A stretch of DNA of 64,000 nt from Candidatus Eiseniibacteriota bacterium (GTDB taxonomy: Bacteria; Eisenbacteria; RBG-16-71-46; CAZAMP01), in NCBI GenBank assembly GCA_965224245.1, contig OZ245046.1, positions 4,544,001-4,608,000 of the forward strand. Direction: 5' to 3'. Every line of letters starts with the position of its first letter. Within the stretch, counting starts at the first letter, position 1. Below the pieces are notes generated by a model. That model was given only the letters and a program-made list of their open reading frames with translations. It was not told the origin of the DNA and did not search any database. The position numbers were made by a program, and so were the translations under genes. Positions 10,608-19,396 of the stretch are shown in pieces.

Positions 10608-11533
10608 GGGTCGGTCCCCGGCGTGATCTCCGGCGCGGTCCCCGGGGACGCCCATGGGGCGTGAATCGCCCGTGCAGCGTCGAGGAGCGCCACCGTATCG
10701 GCGGGGAAGTCCGCGCCCGCGCGTACGAAGTCGATCGGGATGCGCTCGTCCACGATCCGGCCGCGCGCCATGACGAGGATCCGCTCGGAGTACCGGAGCG
10801 CGAGCCCGATGTCGTGGGTCACCAGAAGGAGCGCCACGCCTTCCTCGCGCTGAAGCCTCGCCAGGAGATCGAGCACCTCCAGCTGGACCGTCGCGTCCAG
10901 GGCCGAGGTGGGCTCGTCGGCCAGAAGGAGGTCCGGCCTCGGCGCGAGCGCAAGCGCGATGGCCGCCCGCTGACACATGCCGCCGCTCAGCTCGTCTGGG
11001 TAGCGGTGGAGAAGCTCCAGCGCGGGCTCGAGCCCCACGCGCTGGAGCCAGCGCTCGGCCTCGAGCTGTCGCCCCGCCTCGTCCCATCCGGGGTGGTGAC
11101 GCTTCAGCACCGCGTGGAAGTGATCGAGAAGCGTGGCTTGCGGATCCAGCGAGGCCGATGGATCCTGCATCACGAGACCGACCCGCCGTCCGCGCACGCG
11201 CTCCCACTCCTCACGTGTCGCCCGGCGAAGCGCCACGTTCTCGTGCGACGAGAGCTCGTAGAGACGGATCCGGCCGATCCGCACCGAACCCGCCGTGATG
11301 CCCGGCGTACCGGAGACCAGACCCAGGATCGCCGACAGCGTGACGCTCTTTCCCGAGCCCGATCGCCCCACGAGGGCGACGGGCTCGCCGCTCTTCACGT
11401 GAAACGTGGCCCCGCGCACCGCCGCCATCGTGGTGCCGTTCGCCTCGAAGCTCACGTGCAGGTCACGCACGTCGAGGAGACGGTCACCCACGCCGGCGAC
11501 GGCGCGTGCGGCGCCGGTGGTGCGGATCGTCAT
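10604..11533 (-). CDS. Oligopeptide/dipeptide ABC transporter ATP-binding subunit (OppD/DppD-like)
   Basis: LLDVRDLHVSF, Walker A GRSGSGKS, YPDELSGGMCQR, LLLADEPTSALD, THD; ATG 11533 with GAGGAG RBS. Confidence 0.9.
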   Translation of the reverse strand: MTIRTTGAARAVAGVGDRLLDVRDLHVSFEANGTTMAAVRGATFHVKSGEPVALVGRSGSGKSVTLSAILGLVSGTPGITAGSVRIGRIRLYELSSHENVALRRATREEWERVRGRRVGLVMQDPSASLDPQATLLDHFHAVLKRHHPGWDEAGRQLEAERWLQRVGLEPALELLHRYPDELSGGMCQRAAIALALAPRPDLLLADEPTSALDATVQLEVLDLLARLQREEGVALLLVTHDIGLALRYSERILVMARGRIVDERIPIDFVRAGADFPADTVALLDAARAIHAPWASPGTAPEITPGTDP

Positions 11534-11546
11534 GGCGCGTCTCTCC

Positions 11547-12602
11547 TCACAAGCTGTGGGGGTTCTGGGCCTGGAATCGCTCCTCGAGCGCGGACCCGAG
11601 GGCCGTGAAGCCCCAGATCGACACGATGATCCCGATCGCGGGCACCACGAACAGCCAGTCCATCCCGAGCCCCAGGTTCTTGGTGGCGCCCGCGAGCATG
11701 TGGCCGTAGCTGATGCCACCGGACCGCGCGGGGTGGTTCAGGTATCCGAGACACGCCTCGAACAGCACGAACTCGGTCACCAGCGTCGGGATCTGCACGA
11801 CGATCAACGCCCGGAGGTGCGTTCCCAGGAGATGCCGTCCGATGATGCGCCGGCGACTCAGTCCGAGCTCCTCCCACGCCTCGCCGGCCGCGGTGCTGCG
11901 CACGGAGTCGATGCGGTTGCCCACGAGAAGTGCGCGTGCCACGCCGCTCACGATCGCGAGCGCCACCACGAGCGCCAGCATCGAGAACTCGGCCAGCGAC
12001 AGGATCGCGAACACCACGACCAGCTGCGGGAGCGCGTGATTGGCCTCGACCACGAGGCGTGCCGCCCGCCGGGCGGCGCCTCCGAGGAACCGGCCGAGAA
12101 CGAACCCCACGCCGAGCATCAGCGCCAGCACGAGCGCCACGTACAGAAGAAGGTACGGTAGATAGAACGCCGGCGCGGCCAGCGCGAGCGACAGGAGCCC
12201 GCGGCCGGTCTCGTCGCCTCCCATTCCGAGCGACCACGCACTGCCGGCCCCCGGTGAGTGCAGAGACGCTCCCTCGCCGTTCCCTGGGCCCCCCGGGCTC
12301 GCGGTCCGATCGTCGCGATCCCGGTCGGTGCCCGGTGGTGCATCGAACAGCGCGTCCCACTCGTCGTCGGATGCGTCGATCTCGCTCGTCGAGGTCTCCT
12401 TGAGAGACTCGTGGCGATGGTCGGTGATCGCCCGAAACCACGACCACGACGGCGGGGCGTACACGTGATCCAGATCCGGCGCCGTCAGGGCCCGGCGGTG
12501 ATCCGACGCGTTCACGAACGCGAACGCGACCACGTACCACAGCACCACGAGCGCACCGAACCCCAGTCGTCCCGAGCCGCGATGCGAGCGCCGGGCGCTC
12601 AT
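11547..12602 (-). CDS. ABC transporter permease (OppC/DppC-like)
   Basis: Multiple TM segments; LGMGGDETGR (LGTD..GRD-like); EAA-like loop EAWEELGLSRRRIIGRHLL; FEACLGYL; ATGA overlap at 12599-12602. Confidence 0.8.
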   Translation of the reverse strand: MSARRSHRGSGRLGFGALVVLWYVVAFAFVNASDHRRALTAPDLDHVYAPPSWSWFRAITDHRHESLKETSTSEIDASDDEWDALFDAPPGTDRDRDDRTASPGGPGNGEGASLHSPGAGSAWSLGMGGDETGRGLLSLALAAPAFYLPYLLLYVALVLALMLGVGFVLGRFLGGAARRAARLVVEANHALPQLVVVFAILSLAEFSMLALVVALAIVSGVARALLVGNRIDSVRSTAAGEAWEELGLSRRRIIGRHLLGTHLRALIVVQIPTLVTEFVLFEACLGYLNHPARSGGISYGHMLAGATKNLGLGMDWLFVVPAIGIIVSIWGFTALGSALEERFQAQNPHSL

Positions 12603-13525
12603 CGCTCGAGCCCCAGTCTCGGGTTGAACCGGAACACGAGGAAGCGCTCGAGACCCATCAGGACACGCACGGCCAGCACGGTGAGAAACGTCGTCGCCAT
12701 GATCACGGGAACGTCTCGGCGACCTTCGAAGTCGAACGCCCGGAGGCCCTCGTAGCCGAGCCCGTGGATGTTGAAGGCCCACTCGAGGATGAACACCGCG
12801 GTCACGAGCCTCGGGAGCTGACCGCCGATCGATCCGGCGAAGATGGCGGACGTGTTGCGGATCAGCGCTCGCGTGGGCCGCACGCCGCGCGCCAGGTGTC
12901 CGAGTACATACGACTCGCTCGCCTCCCGCTTCAGCGCGCCGCTGAGCGTGGAGAGCGACTCGGCGAAGAGCCCGTTGGACATCGTGAGCAGGAACGCGAG
13001 CGTGGCGATCAACGCCAGCCACACGGGCGCGGTGAGCCCCGCGTCGACGCGCTGGAACGCGCCTTCCGGCCCCGCGCGCAGGCGAAACGCCAGGAGATAC
13101 ACCGGCACCAGCGAGATCGACGCGACCGCCGAGGTCACCCATCGACCCGCGGCTCCCCCGAACGCCCGCCACCAGCTGGCCCCGAGCGTGGCGCCGGCGG
13201 TGGACGCGAGCCCCAGAAGCAAGAGGCCCACGGTCTTCGGCGCGGCGTCGCGCACCATGTCGGTGACCGACCGATGACTGTACGGCGACTCGCCGAAGTC
13301 GAAGCGGCAGGCATCCCACAGCCACGCCACGTACGTCGTCACCACGTGGCCGCGTCCGCCGTGGTCGGACGGTCGCCCGCCCCAGGTGACCGACGTCAGC
13401 AGCAGGTGCATCACGCACGTGGACAGGACGAGCACGACGAGAGTCTCGAGGAGCTGACCGGACACGAACGAGGTGATTTCCGCGCGGGCGCGGCGCCGGC
13501 GCCCATCCAGAGCGCGAGCGGTCAT
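12599..13525 (-). CDS. ABC transporter permease (OppB/DppB-like)
   Basis: Y..WL....FDFGES, ESYVLGHLARG, ILEWAFNIHGLG and RDVPVI motifs typical of OppB; ATGA overlap at 13522-13525. Confidence 0.85.
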   Translation of the reverse strand: MTARALDGRRRRARAEITSFVSGQLLETLVVLVLSTCVMHLLLTSVTWGGRPSDHGGRGHVVTTYVAWLWDACRFDFGESPYSHRSVTDMVRDAAPKTVGLLLLGLASTAGATLGASWWRAFGGAAGRWVTSAVASISLVPVYLLAFRLRAGPEGAFQRVDAGLTAPVWLALIATLAFLLTMSNGLFAESLSTLSGALKREASESYVLGHLARGVRPTRALIRNTSAIFAGSIGGQLPRLVTAVFILEWAFNIHGLGYEGLRAFDFEGRRDVPVIMATTFLTVLAVRVLMGLERFLVFRFNPRLGLER

Positions 13526-15207
13526 TCCTCGTCCACGTAGGCTTCGTCGATGTAGTCGAAGAAGTTGTACGCCGACACCCGGAGCGACTTGATGCGACTC
13601 AGATGCACGGCCATGTGGTCCAGGCTGAACAGGAACGTGGCCGCCGACTCGTCGTGCAGGCGCTCCTGAGCCGATCTCAGAAACTGGCTGTAGGCCATGA
13701 CGTCGTCCGTCTTTCGCGCGCGCTCGATGATCCGGTCGTACTCGTCGTCGCGATAGTGCATGAAGTTGTCGTCGTGCTCGCTCTCGAACGCACGGAACAC
13801 CGAGATCCCGTCGATGAACTCCCAGCGGCCCCAGAGCAGATCGAACGCGCCCGCGGCCCGGAGCTCCTCGAACCGGTTGTCGTCCACGAGCCGGGTCTCG
13901 ACCTCGATCCCGATGGCGCGCATGGCGGCGCGGTAGAACTCGATGGCCGGCTCGTACTCGATGAACAGGCTCTGGGCCACGAGCAGCTCGAGCCGGAGAT
14001 CGGCGCCCCCCCACTCGCGCAGTCCGTCGCCGTCGGAGTCGGTGATCCCGGCCACGTCCAGGAGCTCGTTCGCCTTCGCGGTGGAGTACGGGCGTGGGAT
14101 CACGTCCCGGTTGAAGTAGCGGCTGGACGTTCCGAGCGGACCGGCCAGGACCTCACCCCGCCCGCTGAACGTGCTCCTGAGGATGCGGTCGCGGTCGTAG
14201 GCGTAGATCATGGCCTGGCGGACGCGCCGATCGTCGAACACGTCGCGCTCGAAGTTGAACGCCACGAAGACACACGACAGGAACCCGTATACCTTCGTCT
14301 TGAAGTTCCGGTCGTTGAGATAGCGCAGCGTGTAGCGAACCGGGACGTCGATCAGGAGATCCACGGCCCGGGTCTCCAGGAGGCTCGGCCAGCTCGAGCG
14401 ATCGCCCACCACGTGCATGCGGAGGCGCTCGATGTAGGGCTCGCAATTGCCGCCGCGGTAGTCGGGGTTGGCGGCGAAGATGGGATCCAGCCCGGTGAAG
14501 CTGTCCAGGACGTACGGACCCGACGCGCTGCTCGTGCCCTGCTCTCCGGTGCAGAGCGGGGCCGATGCGTCGAAGCCGTACTCGTTCAGCAGCGACGCCG
14601 GCAGGATCGGATAGCGATAGAAGGCCGACATGCTCACGTCGCCGGCCTCGCGGAACCGGAACCTGACGCCGTCGTCGTCCAGCAGCTCGATGCGGGCGAT
14701 ACCGTAGGCGAACTCGCGATAGGCCTGACGCACGCACGAGCGCGGGGAGCGCAGTCCCCAGAACGTGGCCATCACGTCGGCGTTCGTGATCGCTTCGCCC
14801 GACGCCCAGCGGTAGTTGGGCGCCAGCCGGAACGTGATCGATCGCGCGCTCCGGTCGATCTCCCAGCTCGTGGCCAGAGACGCCATCGGCTCACGCGTGT
14901 CCGGCTCCGGCTTCACGAGCGTGACGTACAGGAGACTCGCCAGGTGCTCGTCCGACAGCGTATTCGAGCAGTAGTAGCACCGCGACTCGACCGGATCGCG
15001 CTCCACGAAGACGATGCTCGCGTCCGGATCGTATCGCTCCGGATCCCGCTCGCAGTCGCCCTGCGCGCCGGCGCTCGCCGGTGCGAGCCCGAGTGCGACG
15101 ACGAGCGCGAGCGCGCGACCGATCCCGGACGAGCGACGGATGATACGCCCTCCGCTTCCTTGGCGGTGAGCGGCCCCGAGCATCCGATTGTGGTCGAAAG
15201 ATGTCAT
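13522..15207 (-). CDS. ABC transporter substrate-binding protein, family 5 (OppA/DppA-like)
   Basis: Signal peptide; LATSWE..FRL....W.SGEAITNADV; SGPY; FDDRRVRQAM.YA.DR; start 15207 has GAGGA RBS (alternative ATG 15222 overlaps upstream stop). Confidence 0.9.
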   Translation of the reverse strand: MTSFDHNRMLGAAHRQGSGGRIIRRSSGIGRALALVVALGLAPASAGAQGDCERDPERYDPDASIVFVERDPVESRCYYCSNTLSDEHLASLLYVTLVKPEPDTREPMASLATSWEIDRSARSITFRLAPNYRWASGEAITNADVMATFWGLRSPRSCVRQAYREFAYGIARIELLDDDGVRFRFREAGDVSMSAFYRYPILPASLLNEYGFDASAPLCTGEQGTSSASGPYVLDSFTGLDPIFAANPDYRGGNCEPYIERLRMHVVGDRSSWPSLLETRAVDLLIDVPVRYTLRYLNDRNFKTKVYGFLSCVFVAFNFERDVFDDRRVRQAMIYAYDRDRILRSTFSGRGEVLAGPLGTSSRYFNRDVIPRPYSTAKANELLDVAGITDSDGDGLREWGGADLRLELLVAQSLFIEYEPAIEFYRAAMRAIGIEVETRLVDDNRFEELRAAGAFDLLWGRWEFIDGISVFRAFESEHDDNFMHYRDDEYDRIIERARKTDDVMAYSQFLRSAQERLHDESAATFLFSLDHMAVHLSRIKSLRVSAYNFFDYIDEAYVDEE

Positions 15208-15218
15208 CGCGTGAGTCC

Positions 15219-16718
15219 TCATCGACGAATGCTCGATGGCGAATCGGGAAAACGGTGCACGAACTCGCGCTGCACGACGTCGTACACGAGCCAGAACATG
15301 GGAATGTGTCGCGCGGTGGCGCCGATCGCTCGCAGCACGATCGTCTGGTTGTTCACGTCGCGTTCCATGCGAGAGACGTAGCCGGACAGCCACTCCGGCG
15401 GGTTGACACGCAGGTTTCCGTGATGGCCCGGATCGTAGGACGCGTCGATGTAGCGACCGGCCCGCTCGGGCTCGCCGGCCCGCAGCCAGGCGAACCCGGT
15501 GGCCCAGCGTGCCCAGCGAAGCGCCAGTAGATCCGACCGTTCGGCGTCGTCGGCGAGGGCTCCCTCCCATCGCGAGACACTCGGCTCGATCAGCTCGGCG
15601 ACGTCACGCCACGGCACGTCGGGCTCGTGGCTCAGCGCGCGGACACAGTCACCGGCCGGTCCCGGATGATCGCTCATGGCGGCGCGGCGTACCACCTGCA
15701 TGACGTCCTCGCCGCGTGCCCGCGCGCGGGCGAGCGCCGCGAGCGATCCCTCGTCGGTCACGGCGGTCGCATCGCCGGGCGTGAGATCGGCGGACCTGGC
15801 TCCGAACGCCACCGCGGCCTCGTCGTAGGCGGCGCGCTGCCAGGCGATCTCGCCGCGGATCTCCTCGTAGAACGCCGACCCGGCTCCCCCCGGGGGGGCG
15901 TCGGGCAGCGTGCGCTCGGCCTCGCGCGCGGCGAGATGCGCGTACGCGAGGAGCACGAACACGTCGACGAGCGGGATGTCGCGCGCGGCCGCCCGTCCCG
16001 CGAAGGCGATCGGGGACTGGAGAAACGCGATCGGAAACGCGTCCTCTGAGCCGAGGCGTCGCTCGCTCTGGGCCCAGCGATGGAGCGCGGCGATCCGGGC
16101 GTGGCGCGGATCGCCGACCGTGAAGGCGTCGGCCGATACCTCGGGGACGTCGTCCACGTGACCGTACGCGAGGCGGGCGAGCGCGGCCTCCACGGGCGCG
16201 GTCGAGTCCAGAGCCGCGATCGCGGCATCTCGCGACGCCGGATCCGGTAGCGCCTCGGCGACGGATCGCCAGGCCGACGCGACCGTGCCCAGTCTCACGT
16301 CCGCCTCGAGAGCCGCCAGCCGTGAGGCCGCGTCCTGGGCGTCGCCGGCGGCCAGAATCGCCAGCGACGTGTAGAGGTCCACGTCCTTGCGAGCCTCGGG
16401 ATCGAGACGCCCGATCGTGAGCGGGTAGTACGAGCGCAGGGAACGCTCGAGCAGCGAAGCGACCGTCAGCCCGGCGCGCGACTCCTCCAGCCAGGCCGCC
16501 GCCATCAGGGTCAGGATCGCCGCTTCGGGGCCGACGCCTTCCGACAAGAGCTCCTCGCCCTCGGCCAGCGCCAGACGATGGCTGCCCTCGCGGAAGTGCT
16601 CGCGGAACTCCGCGAGGGTGACCTCGGCGTCCGCCGCTCCCACGATCGATGCGCACAGTGTCAATACGACCCCCAGCGTCGTGCGCCGACGCGATCGGTC
16701 CGTCCAGACGGAGATCAA
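15219..16718 (-). CDS. Secreted alpha-helical (TPR-like) hypothetical protein
   Basis: TTG start overlapping upstream TGA (16715-16718); signal peptide RRRTTLGVVLTLCASIVGAADA; Ala/Leu-rich helical pattern; no family recognised. Confidence 0.6.
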   Translation of the reverse strand: MISVWTDRSRRRTTLGVVLTLCASIVGAADAEVTLAEFREHFREGSHRLALAEGEELLSEGVGPEAAILTLMAAAWLEESRAGLTVASLLERSLRSYYPLTIGRLDPEARKDVDLYTSLAILAAGDAQDAASRLAALEADVRLGTVASAWRSVAEALPDPASRDAAIAALDSTAPVEAALARLAYGHVDDVPEVSADAFTVGDPRHARIAALHRWAQSERRLGSEDAFPIAFLQSPIAFAGRAAARDIPLVDVFVLLAYAHLAAREAERTLPDAPPGGAGSAFYEEIRGEIAWQRAAYDEAAVAFGARSADLTPGDATAVTDEGSLAALARARARGEDVMQVVRRAAMSDHPGPAGDCVRALSHEPDVPWRDVAELIEPSVSRWEGALADDAERSDLLALRWARWATGFAWLRAGEPERAGRYIDASYDPGHHGNLRVNPPEWLSGYVSRMERDVNNQTIVLRAIGATARHIPMFWLVYDVVQREFVHRFPDSPSSIRR

Positions 16719-18163
16719 CAATCGACCCCCGGTGGACACGGCGGATCGGCGATGTCGCCGGCCACCGGCGACTCGCCGTCGCTCGACGAGGATCCCGTGT
16801 CGCTCAACAGCCACAGCGCCGCGGCGGCGGCGCCCCCTGCGGCAATCCACTGCCATCGTTTCCTCGAGACCTCGTCGACGATGGTCTCGCGCGGGAACGA
16901 TCCCCGCGGCGCGCTCAGTGCGTCGGGCACGTCGACGCGGAATAGGCCGTACCGGCTCTCGGTCTGGCCCGCGAAGACGACCGTGCCCGTGCCGCCCCAC
17001 GCGGCGTCGATCGCGTTGGAGACGGTCCCGGACAGGAGGTCGTACTCGAAGTTGGGATCTCCGCTCTCCCACCGTCCGATGTCGGCGACGACGAGGCGCT
17101 TCTCCCCCGTGGCCGACACGCGCACGTAGATGAGCGAGCGGGCATGAGACCCCGCGTCGCCGGGAATCCACATCGGACCGCGCGTCTCCTCGGGAACGAC
17201 GTTCGTCGCGACCTCGCGCCCGACGCCGGTCTCCACGAGACGACCCAGCATCGGCCGCCCACTCCCCTCGTCGTAGACGACCTGGATGACCCCGATGTCG
17301 ACCCGGGCGTCCTCGACGTAGCGCGACGAGTAGAACGCGATGCGATTGCCGTCGGGGGACCAGGTCGGGCGCGACTCCTGAACGGCATCGATGGTCAGTC
17401 GAACCGGAGGATCGTCGCGATTCTCCAGGTCGACCACCGCCAGCCCCATGTTGGCCTCGGTGGTGGCCTCGCGATCGGACCGGCCGAACTGCCCGTAGAC
17501 CACGAACCGCCCCCCCGCGTCGATGCTGGGAAAGAGGTCCCGCCCGGGGTTGTCGGTGAGGCGCGAGACGTTCCGCTCGGGCGCGTACGGCGACCCGTCG
17601 AGGATGGCCTTGCGGAGGGCGCCCACGTCGTCGATCACGTACACGTCGCCCGAGCCGGAGCGCACCGACACGAACACGATGCGATCCCCGTCGGGCGAGA
17701 AGCGGGGTGTCAGATCCGGCTCGGGATCGTCGGTCAGCCGCCACGCGGCGGGGGCGCCCGCGTAGGTCAGGTAGATGTCACGGTTGTTGTAGCGCCCACT
17801 TCCCGAGAAGACGATCCATGCGCGGCCGCTGCGGTCGGCCACAGGCATCCAGTCCGCCTGGCCGTCGAAGACCGTCGGGCTCGCGGTGTCCTCGTCGTCG
17901 CCCACGCTGCTGACCAGCGCGGGCGTCCGCGATGGATCGTCCTCGTCGACGACGTAGAGGCGTTCGAGCCCGCCGATGAGCTGAAAGGCCACGCGCGACG
18001 GATCGTGCGGACACACCAGGGGCGCCGCCAGGCGGCCGGACAGCACGACCGACTCCCCGATCACCTCGTGCGGCGCGTCCGCCAGGGCCGCGGTGACCGC
18101 GACCCCGACCCCGAGCGTGCCGAGCCCGGCGACGATCGACGTCGAGCGCCTTCCCTCACGCAT
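16715..18163 (-). CDS. TolB-like beta-propeller protein (PD40 repeats) with C-terminal hydrophobic segment
   Basis: Signal peptide; PRFSPDGDRIVFVSVRSG, PTWSPDGNRIAFYS, RLTD repeats; RKRWQWIAAGGAAAAALWLL near the C-terminus. Confidence 0.85.
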   Translation of the reverse strand: MREGRRSTSIVAGLGTLGVGVAVTAALADAPHEVIGESVVLSGRLAAPLVCPHDPSRVAFQLIGGLERLYVVDEDDPSRTPALVSSVGDDEDTASPTVFDGQADWMPVADRSGRAWIVFSGSGRYNNRDIYLTYAGAPAAWRLTDDPEPDLTPRFSPDGDRIVFVSVRSGSGDVYVIDDVGALRKAILDGSPYAPERNVSRLTDNPGRDLFPSIDAGGRFVVYGQFGRSDREATTEANMGLAVVDLENRDDPPVRLTIDAVQESRPTWSPDGNRIAFYSSRYVEDARVDIGVIQVVYDEGSGRPMLGRLVETGVGREVATNVVPEETRGPMWIPGDAGSHARSLIYVRVSATGEKRLVVADIGRWESGDPNFEYDLLSGTVSNAIDAAWGGTGTVVFAGQTESRYGLFRVDVPDALSAPRGSFPRETIVDEVSRKRWQWIAAGGAAAAALWLLSDTGSSSSDGESPVAGDIADPPCPPGVDC

Positions 18164-18223
18164 CGGTCACTCCCCATTCCACGCGACCCGCCGTCGGACG
18201 GGGCGCCGTCGTCCTCGCCACGG

Positions 18224-19396
18224 TCAGAACACCCGGGGCTCGACGCGATACGTCGTGTATCGCGTTCCGCGTTGTCCGCACACGACGCCTCGGCCGCGCT
18301 CGGGCACCGAGACGCCGGTGATCACCTCGAGCTCGGCGAGGGACGTCCCCACGCGGCCGTCCTCGCGGCGTCCGGCCGCCGGCTTGAACACCGTGATCTG
18401 ACGCCGGCCCTGGCCGGCGCGCGTGACCGCCATCACCGCCGGCTCGCCGGACTCCGGCGAGAGCCACTCCGGACCGACGTCCACGTCCGGGATCACGTCG
18501 CGAATCGATTCCGACGGACCGACCCGCCCCACCGCCGGCCGGCCCGGACGGCACGTCGACGGGTCCACGCCGAGGCACCACAGGTCGACCCTGTCCTCGT
18601 CCCGATCCGGCGCGTGATAGAACGCGACCCATCGACCGTCCGCTGAGAGCGTGGCGCGTGTCTCGTCGCCCCCCAGCCGCGTGAGTCGATGCGCGGCGCC
18701 CGGCGCGTCGTCGGTGAAGCACTGCATCCACAGATCGGCTCCGGTCTCGTCGTAGCGCGTGAACACCATGAACGATCCGTCGGGAGACGTGACGGGAAAG
18801 AGATCGTGACCCGGGCCCCGGGTCAGGAGCGTGGGCACGACGTCGGACGCGGTCCCCTCGGGAGGCACCGCGTCGAGATCGACTCGGAAGCAACGCGCGC
18901 CGCCGGGCGTCGTGGCGACGAAGACGACCGAGCGACCGTCGGGCGTCCAGTGCGGCTGCGTGACCATGTCGGCGTCCGGCGCGAGCCGCTGGAGCTCCGT
19001 CGTGTGGAGGCTGCCCACGTAGAGCTTCGCCTGGTCGCGAAACGCCGTGGTGATCAGGACGAAGCGGTGATCCCCATCGGCGGCGGGCGTGGGGCACCAG
19101 GCGAGCTGACCGCTGTAGTACGCGCTCACGCCCACGGCCGCGGCGCCGCCGAAGTGCGGGATCATCTCCACCGCCTCGTCGGACCGTTCGTCGACGAGCC
19201 AGAGGTGATGTCCGATCTCGCTGGTGACCTCGACCGCGTACAGCCGGTCGTCGTGCGGACACACCTTCGGCGCGGTGAACTGTCCGTCGACCTGATCGGC
19301 GAGCAGCGACGACTCCACGTGTCGGGACGCGAACGCGACCTGCGCCGACACGGGAAGAAACGTCAGCGCGAGGCTAATCGCGGCCGCAGCCCACAC
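18224..19396 (-). CDS. Second TolB-like beta-propeller protein (PD40 repeats)
   Basis: Probable GTG 19396 with signal peptide WAAAAISLALTFLPVSA; PHWTPDGRSVVF, PVTSPDGSFMVF, LSADGRWVAFY; start uncertain. Confidence 0.8.
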   Translation of the reverse strand: MWAAAAISLALTFLPVSAQVAFASRHVESSLLADQVDGQFTAPKVCPHDDRLYAVEVTSEIGHHLWLVDERSDEAVEMIPHFGGAAAVGVSAYYSGQLAWCPTPAADGDHRFVLITTAFRDQAKLYVGSLHTTELQRLAPDADMVTQPHWTPDGRSVVFVATTPGGARCFRVDLDAVPPEGTASDVVPTLLTRGPGHDLFPVTSPDGSFMVFTRYDETGADLWMQCFTDDAPGAAHRLTRLGGDETRATLSADGRWVAFYHAPDRDEDRVDLWCLGVDPSTCRPGRPAVGRVGPSESIRDVIPDVDVGPEWLSPESGEPAVMAVTRAGQGRRQITVFKPAAGRREDGRVGTSLAELEVITGVSVPERGRGVVCGQRGTRYTTYRVEPRVF

